Shown: positions 35,869 through 46,542, counted from the stretch's first letter. The stretch: DNA of 46,710 nt from Nitrosopumilales archaeon CG_4_9_14_0_2_um_filter_34_16 (GCA_002788515.1 PFRJ01000094.1:2240-48949), one strand, 5' to 3'. The notes: a model not told the origin generated them from the letters alone. Program-made: numbers and translations.

Positions 35869-36339
35869 ATGTGTTTTCATTATGTGTATAATACAATTCT
35901 TGTCCCTCATGCAGGAACTGTGGCAGGAGATGAGGCATTAAAGCACGCAATTTACGCTGCAAGAGATTCTTCCAAACTAATTATTTTACATATTGTAGAA
36001 GCAATACAATATCCACCATCGTTTTCTTCATCTGAACGAGAAAATATGTTAAAATCTATTGATGACGCAAATGAGGAAATTAAAAAAGACATGGAGGAAA
36101 AAATGAAAAAATATGCTCAACAGTATACAAAAAATAACATTGAATCTAAAGTGGTTGTTGGAGATGCAGCTGAAATTATTTTAGATGTGGTGGAAAAAGA
36201 AAAAGTAGATCTGATTGTAATTGCAAAACGAAGAAAACTCAAAGGTGTCAAAAAACTACTTTCTTTAGGTAGCGTTTCAAGAAAGATTGTGGAAAATACA
36301 TCTTGCCCTGTGCTGTTAATTGATGCTGAACAGAAATGA
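35869..36339 (+). CDS. Universal stress protein (divergent ATP-binding motif)
   Basis: YNTILVPHAG, VVVGDA, LIVIAKRR, LGSVSRKIV..TSCPVLLI; start may be GTG 35884. Confidence 0.9.
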   Translation: MCFHYVYNTILVPHAGTVAGDEALKHAIYAARDSSKLIILHIVEAIQYPPSFSSSERENMLKSIDDANEEIKKDMEEKMKKYAQQYTKNNIESKVVVGDAAEIILDVVEKEKVDLIVIAKRRKLKGVKKLLSLGSVSRKIVENTSCPVLLIDAEQK

Positions 36340-36410
36340 GTATGATATTTGAACTAGGCTTTTCAAATAATATATCTTGCGTTTTAATGAAAACTTATTC
36401 GTGATTTACA

Positions 36411-36731
36411 TCAATCATTTTTCTGAAATACTCTGTATTCACCAATAATTGAATTACATTTGTGACAAGTGTATTGACCTCTCTCTATCAAAGTCAACCC
36501 ATCTGCAACTGCTTCGTTTGGTTGCTCTTCGATTTGAATTTGAGTAGGACCCTCAAACTCAGAGTTACACTGTTTACAAAAATATTTTAGCATTTTTGTA
36601 GTATCTAGTTTTTCAAGTGATGATAAAAAATGCTTATCCATATTTGGAACAAGTTTTGATTTGGCTACTTGCTCGTCATTTAGCTCTGCGTTAACCCATC
36701 CTCCTGACCCTGCTAGTTGAATCTCTGTCAT
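36411..36731 (-). CDS. Conserved zinc-ribbon hypothetical protein
   Basis: CKQC and CHKC. Confidence 0.8.
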   Translation of the reverse strand: MTEIQLAGSGGWVNAELNDEQVAKSKLVPNMDKHFLSSLEKLDTTKMLKYFCKQCNSEFEGPTQIQIEEQPNEAVADGLTLIERGQYTCHKCNSIIGEYRVFQKND

Positions 36732-36807
36732 TCATTTTGGTGTCTTATTTGGTACTAAAATACTGTTTGATGATTAAATCTCAAAAGTCTGTTTATTTCC
36801 ACCACGG

Positions 36808-36910
36808 AAAAAAAGTCAGTCTCCTTCACTATGGAGACTCTTGAAATGCATTAACTAGTTTATGTGAGCATTGGGCTCTTCCAGCTAACACCGCGAGATG
36901 TCTCTGACTC
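36808..36910 (-). ncRNA. Candidate ~100-nt structured non-coding RNA
   Basis: Closing stem AGUCA/UGACU then U run; 11-bp stem with G-U pairs; GUCUCC/GGAGAC hairpin; TTTTAA about 27 nt upstream. Confidence 0.6.
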
Positions 36911-37192
36911 AATGAATATACTAAGACTATGTTTTTGTTAAAAAACCTGAGCCAAAAATAATTACTTTTAGGTTAAATTTCTAAACGTCCGATCAGATTA
37001 TTTTTTATTGTTTTAAAATGAATTTGATTTTAAAACAAGAAAAAGCTTCATAATTCGGCAATATTCGTCATTTTTGAGGAAATCAGAGAGAACCCGTTGG
37101 AATAATCATCAGCACAAGTCTTCAATAGTTCAAGTAAATAACACTTTGAATTTAACCAGTAGATTCTTATCTAAAAATTTTAGAAAAAATTC

Positions 37193-38080
37193 ATGGCCAA
37201 GATTAAACAACACTCCCCTGTCTTATTCTTTTATAATAATTCAAAAAAATGGCTAACAAAAATCTCAAAAAAAGAATCTTTTCACACTCATCTTGGTGTA
37301 ATAAAACACTCTGATGCTATTGGCAAGGAGTATGGTTCTAAATTAGTTACAAACAAGGACAAGTATGTCTATCTTCTTGAACCAACAATGTATGACTATG
37401 TGATGAAAATACAACATGGCACACAAATTGTGTATCCTAAAGACATTGGTTACATCATTACAAGAGCTGGAATTGGTGATGGACAAAAAATTTTAGAAAT
37501 TGGAACTGGTAGTGGCTCATTGACTTCTTTTATTGCAAGCATTGTAAAACCACGTGGCCATGTTTACACTTTTGATGTTGATGAAAATTTTATGAAAATC
37601 GCTGAAAAGAATATACGAAAAGCTGGCGTTTCAAAATATGTTACACAGCATAATTTGGATTTAAAGACTGCAAAAAAAATGCCTCTAGAAGATATGGATG
37701 TTGCATTAATTGATTTAGGAGATCCATGGGTTGTAATTCCGCAAGTACGACAAATGCTAAAAGGTAGCGGATGTGTGTTTGCTATCTGTCCTACAATGAA
37801 CCAATTAGAGAAGTTGACTATGGCCTTAGTTGAAAACGAGTTTACTGATATTGAATCTACTGAACACATTATCCGAACCATAGAAGCTAGAGAAGGAAAA
37901 ACTAGACATTCTTTCATGGGAATAGGACACACAACGTATCTGTGTTTTGCAAGAAAAGCATTTTTCGATAGAGAATCAAGACAATCATCAGAAGAGCCAA
38001 CTGTTTCTGAATCCGATAAGAAAGTATCTAAGGTAAAAAAAGCAATAACTATCAAAAAATCCAGCAAAAAAACCTCCTAG
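37193..38080 (+). CDS. trmI: tRNA (adenine-N1)-methyltransferase
   Basis: TQIVYPKD, EIGTGSGSL, DLGDPW, GHTTYL. Confidence 0.92.
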   Translation: MAKIKQHSPVLFFYNNSKKWLTKISKKESFHTHLGVIKHSDAIGKEYGSKLVTNKDKYVYLLEPTMYDYVMKIQHGTQIVYPKDIGYIITRAGIGDGQKILEIGTGSGSLTSFIASIVKPRGHVYTFDVDENFMKIAEKNIRKAGVSKYVTQHNLDLKTAKKMPLEDMDVALIDLGDPWVVIPQVRQMLKGSGCVFAICPTMNQLEKLTMALVENEFTDIESTEHIIRTIEAREGKTRHSFMGIGHTTYLCFARKAFFDRESRQSSEEPTVSESDKKVSKVKKAITIKKSSKKTS

Positions 38081-38127
38081 ACATCATCAAAACAAGATTT
38101 ATTCATCTAATTTTTAGAGTAATATGC

Positions 38128-38991
38128 ATGGTAAGAAAAAACCTAACCTTATCTATTGTTAAAAAATTCATTCCTACACGTAAAGCCAAATCTCGCAAAG
38201 GAGATAATGGTGTTGTTTTAGTTGTTGGCGGAAGCTACATTTACCATGGAGCCCCAATACTGTCTTCCATTGCTGCATTGAAGTGCGGTACTGATCTAGT
38301 CTACACGTCTGTTCCAAAAATCAACGTTACTCCAACACGTGCTATTTCTCCAAATTTGATAGTGATACCTTTAGTTGATCAAAAATTAACTTTGGGTGCT
38401 GTGAATAAACTACTTGGTGCTCTTCCGCGTAATTTACAATCTGCAACAATTGGAATGGGTCTTGCAATACAAGAAAAAAACTCTCTGCTACATTTTGTAA
38501 AATCTTTACTTGATAGGGATGTGAGGCTGTCTCTGGATGCAAGTGCATTAATTCCTGACGTCCTTCCTCTCTTAGCAAACAAAAATGTGGTAGTAACTCC
38601 ACACGCTGGAGAATTTAAGAGATTATTTGGAGAATCCCCTTCAAATTCAAAAAACGAACGAATCAAGATTGTAGAAAATAAAGCAAAAGAATTTGGAATA
38701 ACTGTTTTACTAAAAGGTGCAATGGATGTGATTTCTAATGGTTCTGCCACATATCTTTATGAGAAAACAATTCCAGCAATGACTGTTGGTGGAACTGGAG
38801 ACGTTCTATCTGGTTTAGTTGCAGGTTTGTTATCCAAGAACAGAAATGCTTTGGAATCTGCTGCTGCTGCAACATTTATCAATGGCTTGGCAGGTAAGGC
38901 TGCACAAAAAAAATTAGGATTACACATGACTTCCATGGATCTTTTAAATGAAATTCCTAGCGCTATGAAACCATTTGATAAAATTGTGTGA
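38128..38991 (+). CDS. nnrD: ADP-dependent NAD(P)HX dehydratase
   Basis: KGDNG.VLVVGGS..YHGAP, DASAL, TPHAGEF, LLKG, GGTGDVL. Confidence 0.92.
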   Translation: MVRKNLTLSIVKKFIPTRKAKSRKGDNGVVLVVGGSYIYHGAPILSSIAALKCGTDLVYTSVPKINVTPTRAISPNLIVIPLVDQKLTLGAVNKLLGALPRNLQSATIGMGLAIQEKNSLLHFVKSLLDRDVRLSLDASALIPDVLPLLANKNVVVTPHAGEFKRLFGESPSNSKNERIKIVENKAKEFGITVLLKGAMDVISNGSATYLYEKTIPAMTVGGTGDVLSGLVAGLLSKNRNALESAAAATFINGLAGKAAQKKLGLHMTSMDLLNEIPSAMKPFDKIV

Positions 38992-40349
38992 TGGATATGA
39001 ATCACATAAAGTACATTGATGGGAATATGAGTGGTCTTATATCCGATCTCCAATTATTAATTCGCCAACCAAGTGTTTCTGCAAAAAATGAAGGCATTGA
39101 GGAATGTGCAAAATTAGTTTCAAAACTATTACAGAAATCTGGAATAAAATCCGAAGTTTTACAATTAAAGAAAAATGTCGCACCCATTGTTTATGGAGAA
39201 ATAAAATCAAAGAAAAATCCATCAAAAACTTTGATGTTTTACAATCATTATGATGTGCAGCCTGCCGAGCCTTTTGATTTGTGGGATGATCCCCCATTTA
39301 GTGGCATTAGAAAGGGAAACAAGATTTTTGGACGTGGTTCATCTGATGACAAAGGCGAATTAATCACACGAATCAAGGCTGTTGAGGCGTGTCTTAAGAC
39401 AACTGGCGATGTGCCATGTAACATCAAATTTGTAATTGAAGGTGAAGAAGAAACTGGCAGTGCTCATATTGAAGACTATTTGAAAAAATACAAAAAGAAA
39501 TTTTCTTGCGATGGGGTCATATGGGAATTTGGATACGTTGACTCTAAAAACAGACCTATCATTGGTCTAGGGATGAAAGGATTACTGTTTGTCGAATTAT
39601 CCGTTAAAGAGTCCATTAGAGACGCGCATTCCAGCTTGGCTGTACTGATAAAAAACCCTGCATGGAGACTAATTGATGCAATTAAAACTCTGAGAGATCC
39701 TGATGGGAAAATTCTCATAAAAGATTGGTACAAAGAGGTCACTCCTTTATCAAAAAATGATCTAGAAATAATTCAAAAAGAACCATTTGATGAAACTGTG
39801 TTCAAAAAAGAATTTGGAATCAAATCTTTTGTAGGTGATAAAACAGGGATGGATGCAAAAAAAGCCCTAGTTGGAGACGCCACTTGTAATATTGCAGGAT
39901 TTGTTTCTGGATACACAGGTGACGGGGCAAAAACCGTTCTTCCTGGTGAGGCATTGGTAAAGATTGATTTCAGATTGGTTCCAAAAATGGATCCAAAAAA
40001 ACAGGCATTGCGATTAAAGACACATCTAAAATCAAAAGGCTTCTCTGATGTCCACATCAAGGTTTTTCATGGTGAGGCAGCTGCTCGAACTAATTCTTCG
40101 GATCCTTTTGTATCTCATGTAAAAAATGCCGCAGACAAATCTTTTGGAAAATCAATTCTAAATGTTTCAAATGCTGGAACTGGCCCTATGTATCCATTTG
40201 TTGAAATTCTAAAAGCTCCATGTATCTCTATTGGGAGCACATACATGTTTTCTCGAATTCATTCTCCAAATGAGTTTGCCCGAATTGACTTGTTAAAGAA
40301 AACAACAAAGTGCATGTGTCTGATTATGGATAATTTTGGAATTTCTTAG
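38988..40349 (+). CDS. M20/M25/M40-family metallopeptidase
   Basis: YNHYDVQP, GRGSSDDKG, EGEEE, HSPNE. Confidence 0.92.
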   Translation: MMDMNHIKYIDGNMSGLISDLQLLIRQPSVSAKNEGIEECAKLVSKLLQKSGIKSEVLQLKKNVAPIVYGEIKSKKNPSKTLMFYNHYDVQPAEPFDLWDDPPFSGIRKGNKIFGRGSSDDKGELITRIKAVEACLKTTGDVPCNIKFVIEGEEETGSAHIEDYLKKYKKKFSCDGVIWEFGYVDSKNRPIIGLGMKGLLFVELSVKESIRDAHSSLAVLIKNPAWRLIDAIKTLRDPDGKILIKDWYKEVTPLSKNDLEIIQKEPFDETVFKKEFGIKSFVGDKTGMDAKKALVGDATCNIAGFVSGYTGDGAKTVLPGEALVKIDFRLVPKMDPKKQALRLKTHLKSKGFSDVHIKVFHGEAAARTNSSDPFVSHVKNAADKSFGKSILNVSNAGTGPMYPFVEILKAPCISIGSTYMFSRIHSPNEFARIDLLKKTTKCMCLIMDNFGIS

Positions 40350-40762
40350 TGAAGACACCTTGGCAATCTTTTGATAATTTGAGCTAGAGATATTCTTCCA
40401 GGACCAACTATCATGATTACTATTGCGGATACAAGTAAAATTAAATCAATTTCTATTCCTCCTTTTCCAGTTATGCTTTGTGCTCCTTTGACTAGGAAAA
40501 TTGCTCCTAACATAATTATGGAAATCATTGATGCAGATAATCTGCTGAGTATTCCGATGATTATCAAAATACCTGGAACTAATTCAGCTAACGCGATTGG
40601 AATTTGTAACTCTGCAGGAAGGCCCATGCTCGGTAAATTATTAGCAAATCCAGGATCTAACTTTGATGTTCCGTGAAGTATAAAGATCACACCCAGTGCT
40701 GATCTTAATCCGATAAACACTACATCATTTAGAATCTTATCTCTAATCTCAGCAGTAGTCAA
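40346..40762 (-). CDS. DoxX-family membrane protein
   Basis: LR..LG.IF..HG..K, AEL..G, GPGRISL. Confidence 0.88.
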   Translation of the reverse strand: MTTAEIRDKILNDVVFIGLRSALGVIFILHGTSKLDPGFANNLPSMGLPAELQIPIALAELVPGILIIIGILSRLSASMISIIMLGAIFLVKGAQSITGKGGIEIDLILLVSAIVIMIVGPGRISLAQIIKRLPRCLH

Positions 40763-40857
40763 TGCGTTGAACTATGATTTTTAGTATAATTATCTTGCTC
40801 ATATATTACACGTAAAATGTAGAAAGCCCTTTATTATGCGGCAAAATTATTTGAATT

Positions 40858-41454
40858 ATGTCAATGTATATGCCAGGAGCTACTGCTGTTGGAATTACTT
40901 TTGATGGAGGCATAGTTTTGGCTAGCGAAAAAAGGATCGCGTTTGGAAATTTTCTTGTAAGTAAATCTACAAAGAAAACATTCCCTATCACTAACAAAGT
41001 TGGTGCAACTTGCGCTGGTCTTGTAGCAGACATGCAGATTCTCACTTTACAAATTGCAGCTCTTGCAAAAATTAGAAAAATGGATCTAAAAAGAGATGTT
41101 CCACCAAATACGGTTGCTAAAATGATGTCAAACATGATGTATGAACGAAGATACTTTCCATTATTGACACAAGTAATTGTAGGTGGCGTAGTTGACAAAC
41201 CAATAATGTATACCCTTGATCCTTTGGGTTCAGTTCTACCTGACGAATATGCTGCAGTGGGAACAGGGGCTGAGATGGCATTAGGTGTGTTAGATCCTCA
41301 ATTCAAACCAAACATGTCTAAAGATGAGGCAATTGACTTAGCAAAACGTGCAGTTCGTTCAGCAGCACTTAGAGATTCAGCAAGTGGTGATGGATTGGAT
41401 ATCCTTGTGATTACCAAAGACGGCACTGAAGAATTTACAGAATCTATCAAGTAA
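40858..41454 (+). CDS. psmB: Proteasome beta subunit (Ala at the catalytic Thr1 position)
   Basis: GATAVGI, AGLVAD, LDPLGS, AVGTG, RDSASGDG. Confidence 0.92.
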   Translation: MSMYMPGATAVGITFDGGIVLASEKRIAFGNFLVSKSTKKTFPITNKVGATCAGLVADMQILTLQIAALAKIRKMDLKRDVPPNTVAKMMSNMMYERRYFPLLTQVIVGGVVDKPIMYTLDPLGSVLPDEYAAVGTGAEMALGVLDPQFKPNMSKDEAIDLAKRAVRSAALRDSASGDGLDILVITKDGTEEFTESIK

Positions 41455-41482
41455 CTTTACATCTTAATTCTAGAATTATCTT

Positions 41483-41959
41483 TTAGTCGTAAATTGTTTT
41501 ACCTGTTTCCCAGAATCTATCTGATATGTAATGCATATTTTTTAGAACTTCGCCTTTCTCCATACTTTCCAATTCTGAACTAGAAACCAATGCTTTACCG
41601 ATTGCCAGAAATTTGTGCTGAGATTCTTCAACTATACACACAAGCTTGTCTTTTTCAAACTCTGTGAATGATTTTATTCCAGGCCTCATTAGATTTGCAC
41701 CCTTGCACATGAATTTGACTGCACCCATATCCACTGTAACTGATGGGAATCTCTTCAAAGTTTCTGTTTCTGATAAAAATGGAATGTACTCATCATTGAT
41801 TTTTAATATTTTCATTCCGTTACCTGTGATAATTTGTGCATCATCTAAAATTTGATGTACTTTGACATTTTTTATTTTAGGAAATTCAATCCCCCATTTT
41901 TCTGAAACTGTTTTTAGCAATGAAGTTGTTTCGCTTTTTGAAATTAAATTAGATTTCAA
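41483..41959 (-). CDS. PUA-domain RNA-binding protein (MCT-1-like)
   Basis: VDMGAVKFMCKGANLMRPGI, HYISD. Confidence 0.88.
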   Translation of the reverse strand: MKSNLISKSETTSLLKTVSEKWGIEFPKIKNVKVHQILDDAQIITGNGMKILKINDEYIPFLSETETLKRFPSVTVDMGAVKFMCKGANLMRPGIKSFTEFEKDKLVCIVEESQHKFLAIGKALVSSSELESMEKGEVLKNMHYISDRFWETGKTIYD

Positions 41960-42966
41960 TTTCTTGCAATCTCTTGTCTGATGTCTAACAAGTCTCTTAG
42001 AATAGAACTGGCAGTTTCCATTCCTCCTGCACCTTTTCCAATAATTGTTTGTGTGCCTGAATGCTCTGATGTAAATGCAATTGCATTTAGAGTTCCATTA
42101 ACACATAGTGGATCGTCATTTGATATTTCTTTTGGTCCTACCACAAGTTCCTTATTGCATGAAGCAATTAATTTTATTGCACAATTGTTTTTAGATGCTT
42201 TTTTGATATCTTCTACTGTGACCTTTCGTATTCCTGTACAGTTGATGTCTGGTAATGTTACCTTCATACCCATTACCCAATTTGCAAGAATGACTAGTTT
42301 TGCTGCAGCATCTAATCCATCCAAGTCCAAAGATTCATCAGCTTCCACATATCCTTTTTCTTTTGCATCTTTTAATGCCTCATCAAACGATAGTCCTGTT
42401 GCCATGTTTGTTAAAATATAATTCGTTGTACCATTTAGTATTCCTGCAAACGATGTAATTCTCTCCCCTCTTAGACTGTTTTTAGCATAATCGAGAATTG
42501 GTGTTCCTCCACCAACAGTGCCACTAAATTTAAACATGACTTGATTATATGTAGCAAGTTCCAACAATGATGGAAAAGCCAGAGCTAATGGACCTTTGTT
42601 TACTGAAATCACATGCATGCCTTTTTTCATGGCCATGATGATGTGGGTCATTCCTGGTTCAGCATCTTTATAATTGCTGGCTGTTGTTTCAATGAGAACA
42701 TCTGCTTCAATATTTTTGAGCATGTCTGTTCCTGACATTGAATTTTTTGTATTGGCATAGTTTTTCACAGTTCCAAATTTTTTCTTTACTTCTACAAGTT
42801 TGTTAAAATTTAACCCTGATTGATCTACTGCACTTCCTTTGCTATCAAACACTCCTACCACTCTTGGTTTTAATCCATACTTTGCATATAGATCATCTGC
42901 TCTAGAATCAAATAATTTGACTAAGCTTTGTCCCACTACTCCAAAACCACATAATATTATCCTCAA
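41956..42966 (-). CDS. hom: Homoserine dehydrogenase
   Basis: GFGVVG, NKGPLA, VGGGTP, GILNGTTNYIL, GAGGMETAS. Confidence 0.95.
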   Translation of the reverse strand: MRIILCGFGVVGQSLVKLFDSRADDLYAKYGLKPRVVGVFDSKGSAVDQSGLNFNKLVEVKKKFGTVKNYANTKNSMSGTDMLKNIEADVLIETTASNYKDAEPGMTHIIMAMKKGMHVISVNKGPLALAFPSLLELATYNQVMFKFSGTVGGGTPILDYAKNSLRGERITSFAGILNGTTNYILTNMATGLSFDEALKDAKEKGYVEADESLDLDGLDAAAKLVILANWVMGMKVTLPDINCTGIRKVTVEDIKKASKNNCAIKLIASCNKELVVGPKEISNDDPLCVNGTLNAIAFTSEHSGTQTIIGKGAGGMETASSILRDLLDIRQEIARN

Positions 42967-43102
42967 ATCGTTTCATTCCTTTTTGTTGTCTGACTGTGGT
43001 TCATTTTATTCCTCTTGATTTTCTTATCATTAATTGTGTTTTATTAATAATTTTTGAATGTTGTTTCACAAAAATCACACTAACTTTATTTTGTGACTAG
43101 AT

Positions 43103-43507
43103 TCAGTCATCAGAGTCTTTTTCATGTTGCAGTGAGATGGAATTAATACAATATCTTTGGTTTGTAGGTTTTGGGCCGTCATCAAACACATGACCTAGGT
43201 GTGCTCCACATTTGTTGCAATTAACTTCTGTACGAACCATCCCATAATCCGTATCTGAAACATATTCAATTTTGTCTTCTGATATTGGTTTCCAAAAACT
43301 AGGCCAACCTGAACCTGAATCAAACTTTGTGTCTGATGAAAAAAGTTCTTCCCTACAGCAAGTACATTTGAAAACTCCTTCAAGTTTACTATTGTTGTAT
43401 TTTCCAGAAAATGGTGGTTCTGTTCCATGATTTATGCAAATCTCATATTGATCTGGTGTGAGTTGCTTTTTCCATTCTTGAGGTGTTTTTACTATTTTTT
43501 CCGTCAT
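43103..43507 (-). CDS. msrB: Peptide-methionine (R)-S-oxide reductase
   Basis: GTEPPF, KFDSGSGWPSF, HLGHVFDDGP, RYCINS. Confidence 0.97.
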   Translation of the reverse strand: MTEKIVKTPQEWKKQLTPDQYEICINHGTEPPFSGKYNNSKLEGVFKCTCCREELFSSDTKFDSGSGWPSFWKPISEDKIEYVSDTDYGMVRTEVNCNKCGAHLGHVFDDGPKPTNQRYCINSISLQHEKDSDD

Positions 43508-43542
43508 GATGTATTATGTTTCTCCAAATATTAGAATATTGT

Positions 43543-45183
43543 TTATTTTTTAAGATTCTTTCTCTTTTCTTCTGTTCTTTTTTCAGACTCGAATCTTTCC
43601 AAATCATATTCCTTCATATCTACATATTTCATAATTTTACTAAGATTTGGATGTACTTTGTTTATTTGTTTGAACATTTGCTGTGCTACTCTCCTGTAAT
43701 CTATGTGTCCTTGAGGAACTGTACGCAATTCTATTAGATGACATGCTTCCCTTAGATTAAATTTCATAAAATATTGATAGTTGTATCCAAAGTTAACAAC
43801 GTACTGTGCTTGTTCTGGAAACTTTTTTCTCATAACACCGAATGTTTCTCTAGTTTTGTCCATGCACTCTTTGAATTCTTTCTCTATTCCTAAAATTTTA
43901 ATTTCATTTGGTATGCTGTATCCATGATCAGTTGTGAGTAATTGTCTTTCTAATGTCAATGCTCTGTGTCTGTGAAAGTCTCTAAACATTCCAAAATTAT
44001 TGCATAAATCAAACGTGTAATAGACATTTTCAAATGCTCTTGATGGTCTATGACGTCTGTTAGTTCTAATTTTTACAAACTCGCTTATGATTTTATTTTT
44101 CTTTTCTTTTGGCATTTTTTTTATGCATTTTAAAATGTCTTGATATGATGTACTTGGTGATTGCTCATATATTATACCAGTAATGATTTTATCAATCGCA
44201 TAGTTTTCTGATTCATAATCTACAAGTTTAGTAACTGTGCCTTTTTTTGGATTTGGTTTGATCTCTTTTAGAGTTATTTTTTTGGATGTGTTTTTAACAT
44301 CTTTGAGATATTTTTGAAATGCTTTACCGTATTTGTCATCCGCTCTTCTAACAAATGACTTGATTGTTGTGTCAAGCTCTTTTTTGATTTTTGAGGCTAA
44401 ATCTTGCTCTTCTTTTAGTTCTGATGAGCCTAAAACTGTTAAAAGATATTCAAATGCACGTCCGTTACCAGTAATTCCAACATTTGTTAATGTTGATGCT
44501 GGCAATAATCCTCTTAGGATATCAAGAGCTTTTGCTTTGGTTGATCCTTTGTAAATCATATTTGCTGATTTTATGTCTGCATCATTTTTTAATTTGGAAA
44601 ATAATTTTTCTTTTCCGTCTGTTGAATCTTTGAAACTGTATTTCTCGATTGGATACTTTTCTCTTACATAGTTTATCATCGGTTCAATGTTTTTTGAATA
44701 AACATCAAATGAAAAATTACAACTTTCTTCATACATGTCGGCAAAACGAGATTTTGAAATTTCATCATCTCTGTAGAATCTATATTTTCCATTTTCTTTT
44801 TTATTCCATGCAACATATCTTGATGATTTTTCTAAATAAGATAATCCAATTCGTCTGTCTTCGATTTTTTTCACTGCAATGTTTGACAATCCTTCTATTG
44901 CAATCTGTGCTTCTCCTAATTCTGCAACAGAATCATCCCCGTATTCTAAAAGTACTCTATTGTAAAATTCCTCCCCTCTGTTTTTGTTTTTTAAAAATTC
45001 GTCAAGAAAAATACGTCTCATGCTTTTGTCAGTTCTGCTGTATCTTGACATCAACGCACCACGATCAACTTGTCTTGGAGTAATTATTGCAAATACATTT
45101 TCTTCTGTGTTTGAAAAGTGTTCTGATAGAATTTTTCTTTCCTTAGATGAAAATTCTGACAATACTATTGTGCTCTTTCTCAA
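43543..45183 (-). CDS. thyX: FAD-dependent thymidylate synthase, tandem-domain form
   Basis: [28 protein letters not shown]; exact start uncertain. Confidence 0.85.
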   Translation of the reverse strand: MRKSTIVLSEFSSKERKILSEHFSNTEENVFAIITPRQVDRGALMSRYSRTDKSMRRIFLDEFLKNKNRGEEFYNRVLLEYGDDSVAELGEAQIAIEGLSNIAVKKIEDRRIGLSYLEKSSRYVAWNKKENGKYRFYRDDEISKSRFADMYEESCNFSFDVYSKNIEPMINYVREKYPIEKYSFKDSTDGKEKLFSKLKNDADIKSANMIYKGSTKAKALDILRGLLPASTLTNVGITGNGRAFEYLLTVLGSSELKEEQDLASKIKKELDTTIKSFVRRADDKYGKAFQKYLKDVKNTSKKITLKEIKPNPKKGTVTKLVDYESENYAIDKIITGIIYEQSPSTSYQDILKCIKKMPKEKKNKIISEFVKIRTNRRHRPSRAFENVYYTFDLCNNFGMFRDFHRHRALTLERQLLTTDHGYSIPNEIKILGIEKEFKECMDKTRETFGVMRKKFPEQAQYVVNFGYNYQYFMKFNLREACHLIELRTVPQGHIDYRRVAQQMFKQINKVHPNLSKIMKYVDMKEYDLERFESEKRTEEKRKNLKK

Positions 45184-45194
45184 TTATTAATAGT

Positions 45195-45488
45195 CTATTT
45201 CTTTTTTCCAATCTGTATTAGATCGGGGCCCTTATCCCTGTTTTTATCTTGACCTTTAGATTGCCATCTTAACAATACTTCTTTGAAAGATGCTGCATCT
45301 GCTTCATTTTCCGTATACATCAATGTTGTAACCCAAAAACCGTTTTTGGCAGTTTTTCCTCCAACTGAATTCATCCAAAAATCACTTGGTAAATTCTCCA
45401 TGGCTTTGTTGTTTGGATCTTTTGTTGCCTCCATCCATCTACTTGCCACAAAATTCAATATTTGTTCAAGTTCTTCTTTTTGAATCAT
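45195..45488 (-). CDS. Hypothetical protein
   Basis: 97-aa ORF upstream of and co-oriented with thyX. Confidence 0.7.
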   Translation of the reverse strand: MIQKEELEQILNFVASRWMEATKDPNNKAMENLPSDFWMNSVGGKTAKNGFWVTTLMYTENEADAASFKEVLLRWQSKGQDKNRDKGPDLIQIGKKK

Positions 45489-45620
45489 GAGCCTGTTATT
45501 TTGTCTCTAAATTTTAAAATTACTACAAAACGTAGAATTTTAGTTTGTGAATTTAATCTTACTAAAACTAATAACATTACTTACACTTTGTCGGTTATAC
45601 AAATCTCTTAACTATCTCAC

Positions 45621-46487
45621 ATGACACACGACGATATCGAAATTATCGGTAAAAATGTCAAAGACATGTACGGAACGTTCATGGGTAAAGTCGTAGGAAC
45701 AATAACTGATATCGATGGTAGCATACAATCTGTCGGTATTGATTGCGGTTCTCAGGGATTACAGCAAATCCAATATGAGCAACTCGTAGTCCAAGGTGAA
45801 ATTGTTATATTCATTCCAAAATGGCGACTTGACTCACAAAGACTCATTCGTGAAAAGCAATTAACTCTACGCCGTCTGAAGGCATTGATTGATATTGTTT
45901 CAGAAAATGATGACATGAAAACTGATGCAGAAATCATTCATGAAAAATACAAGTCAAAACTTGCATCATTAGATGAAACAGAAAGTGAAATCAAAGCTAT
46001 TCTTGAGACACGTTTAACAGAGTTAGATGAACAAATGAAGTCTGCAAAAATGTTATCATTTGATGCAAAAGTACAATACAAGAGCAACGAGATCTCCGAA
46101 TCCACATTTGAGACTGTGAAATCATGCACAACTGAGGTAATTGAGCATGTAACTCACGAAACAGCAGAAATCGCAAATGTGAAAAGAAGAATCGCTGATC
46201 TTGAATCAGAAATGCATGAAATGACTACCCCTTCAACACAAGAATCTGCCGCTACATATCTGGAGACTCCTGAACAACAACTAGTTCAGACAATACTTCC
46301 AGAAGCCCCAACACAACCAATAGAGACACATTCAGAACCAATATCAGCTGAGACTCAATTTACGCCAAAATACTCAACTGAATCTGAAGTTACATTTGCC
46401 TTTCCAGAACCACCCAAACAGGTGACACCAGCAACTTCAAAAGACGACAACGACAACGATTGGCTTGCAAGAATGGAAGCACAATAA
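45621..46487 (+). CDS. cdvA: Cell division protein CdvA
   Basis: PRC-barrel N-terminus IGKNVKDMYG..GKVV, IPKWR, coiled coil, P/T/E-rich tail. Confidence 0.8.
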   Translation: MTHDDIEIIGKNVKDMYGTFMGKVVGTITDIDGSIQSVGIDCGSQGLQQIQYEQLVVQGEIVIFIPKWRLDSQRLIREKQLTLRRLKALIDIVSENDDMKTDAEIIHEKYKSKLASLDETESEIKAILETRLTELDEQMKSAKMLSFDAKVQYKSNEISESTFETVKSCTTEVIEHVTHETAEIANVKRRIADLESEMHEMTTPSTQESAATYLETPEQQLVQTILPEAPTQPIETHSEPISAETQFTPKYSTESEVTFAFPEPPKQVTPATSKDDNDNDWLARMEAQ

Positions 46488-46542
46488 TTTTTTTAATTTA
46501 TTTTTTTAACATTTAGAAAGATCTAAGTTCATACACTTTTTG

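Noticed and set aside
4500-36400. Island as a provirus or integrative element
   Set aside because: No integrase, capsid, transposase, tRNA target or flanking att repeat was seen
36808-36910. tRNA or 5S rRNA
   Set aside because: No GUUCRA T-loop, no 7-bp acceptor stem and no 5S conserved motifs
1571-46129. Many antisense or nested ORFs in the track (e.g. 1571-1909, 2214-2597, 21555-21977, 37564-38067, 41981-42421, 44649-45083)
   Set aside because: Shadows of well-supported genes on the other strand or frame, with no motifs of their own
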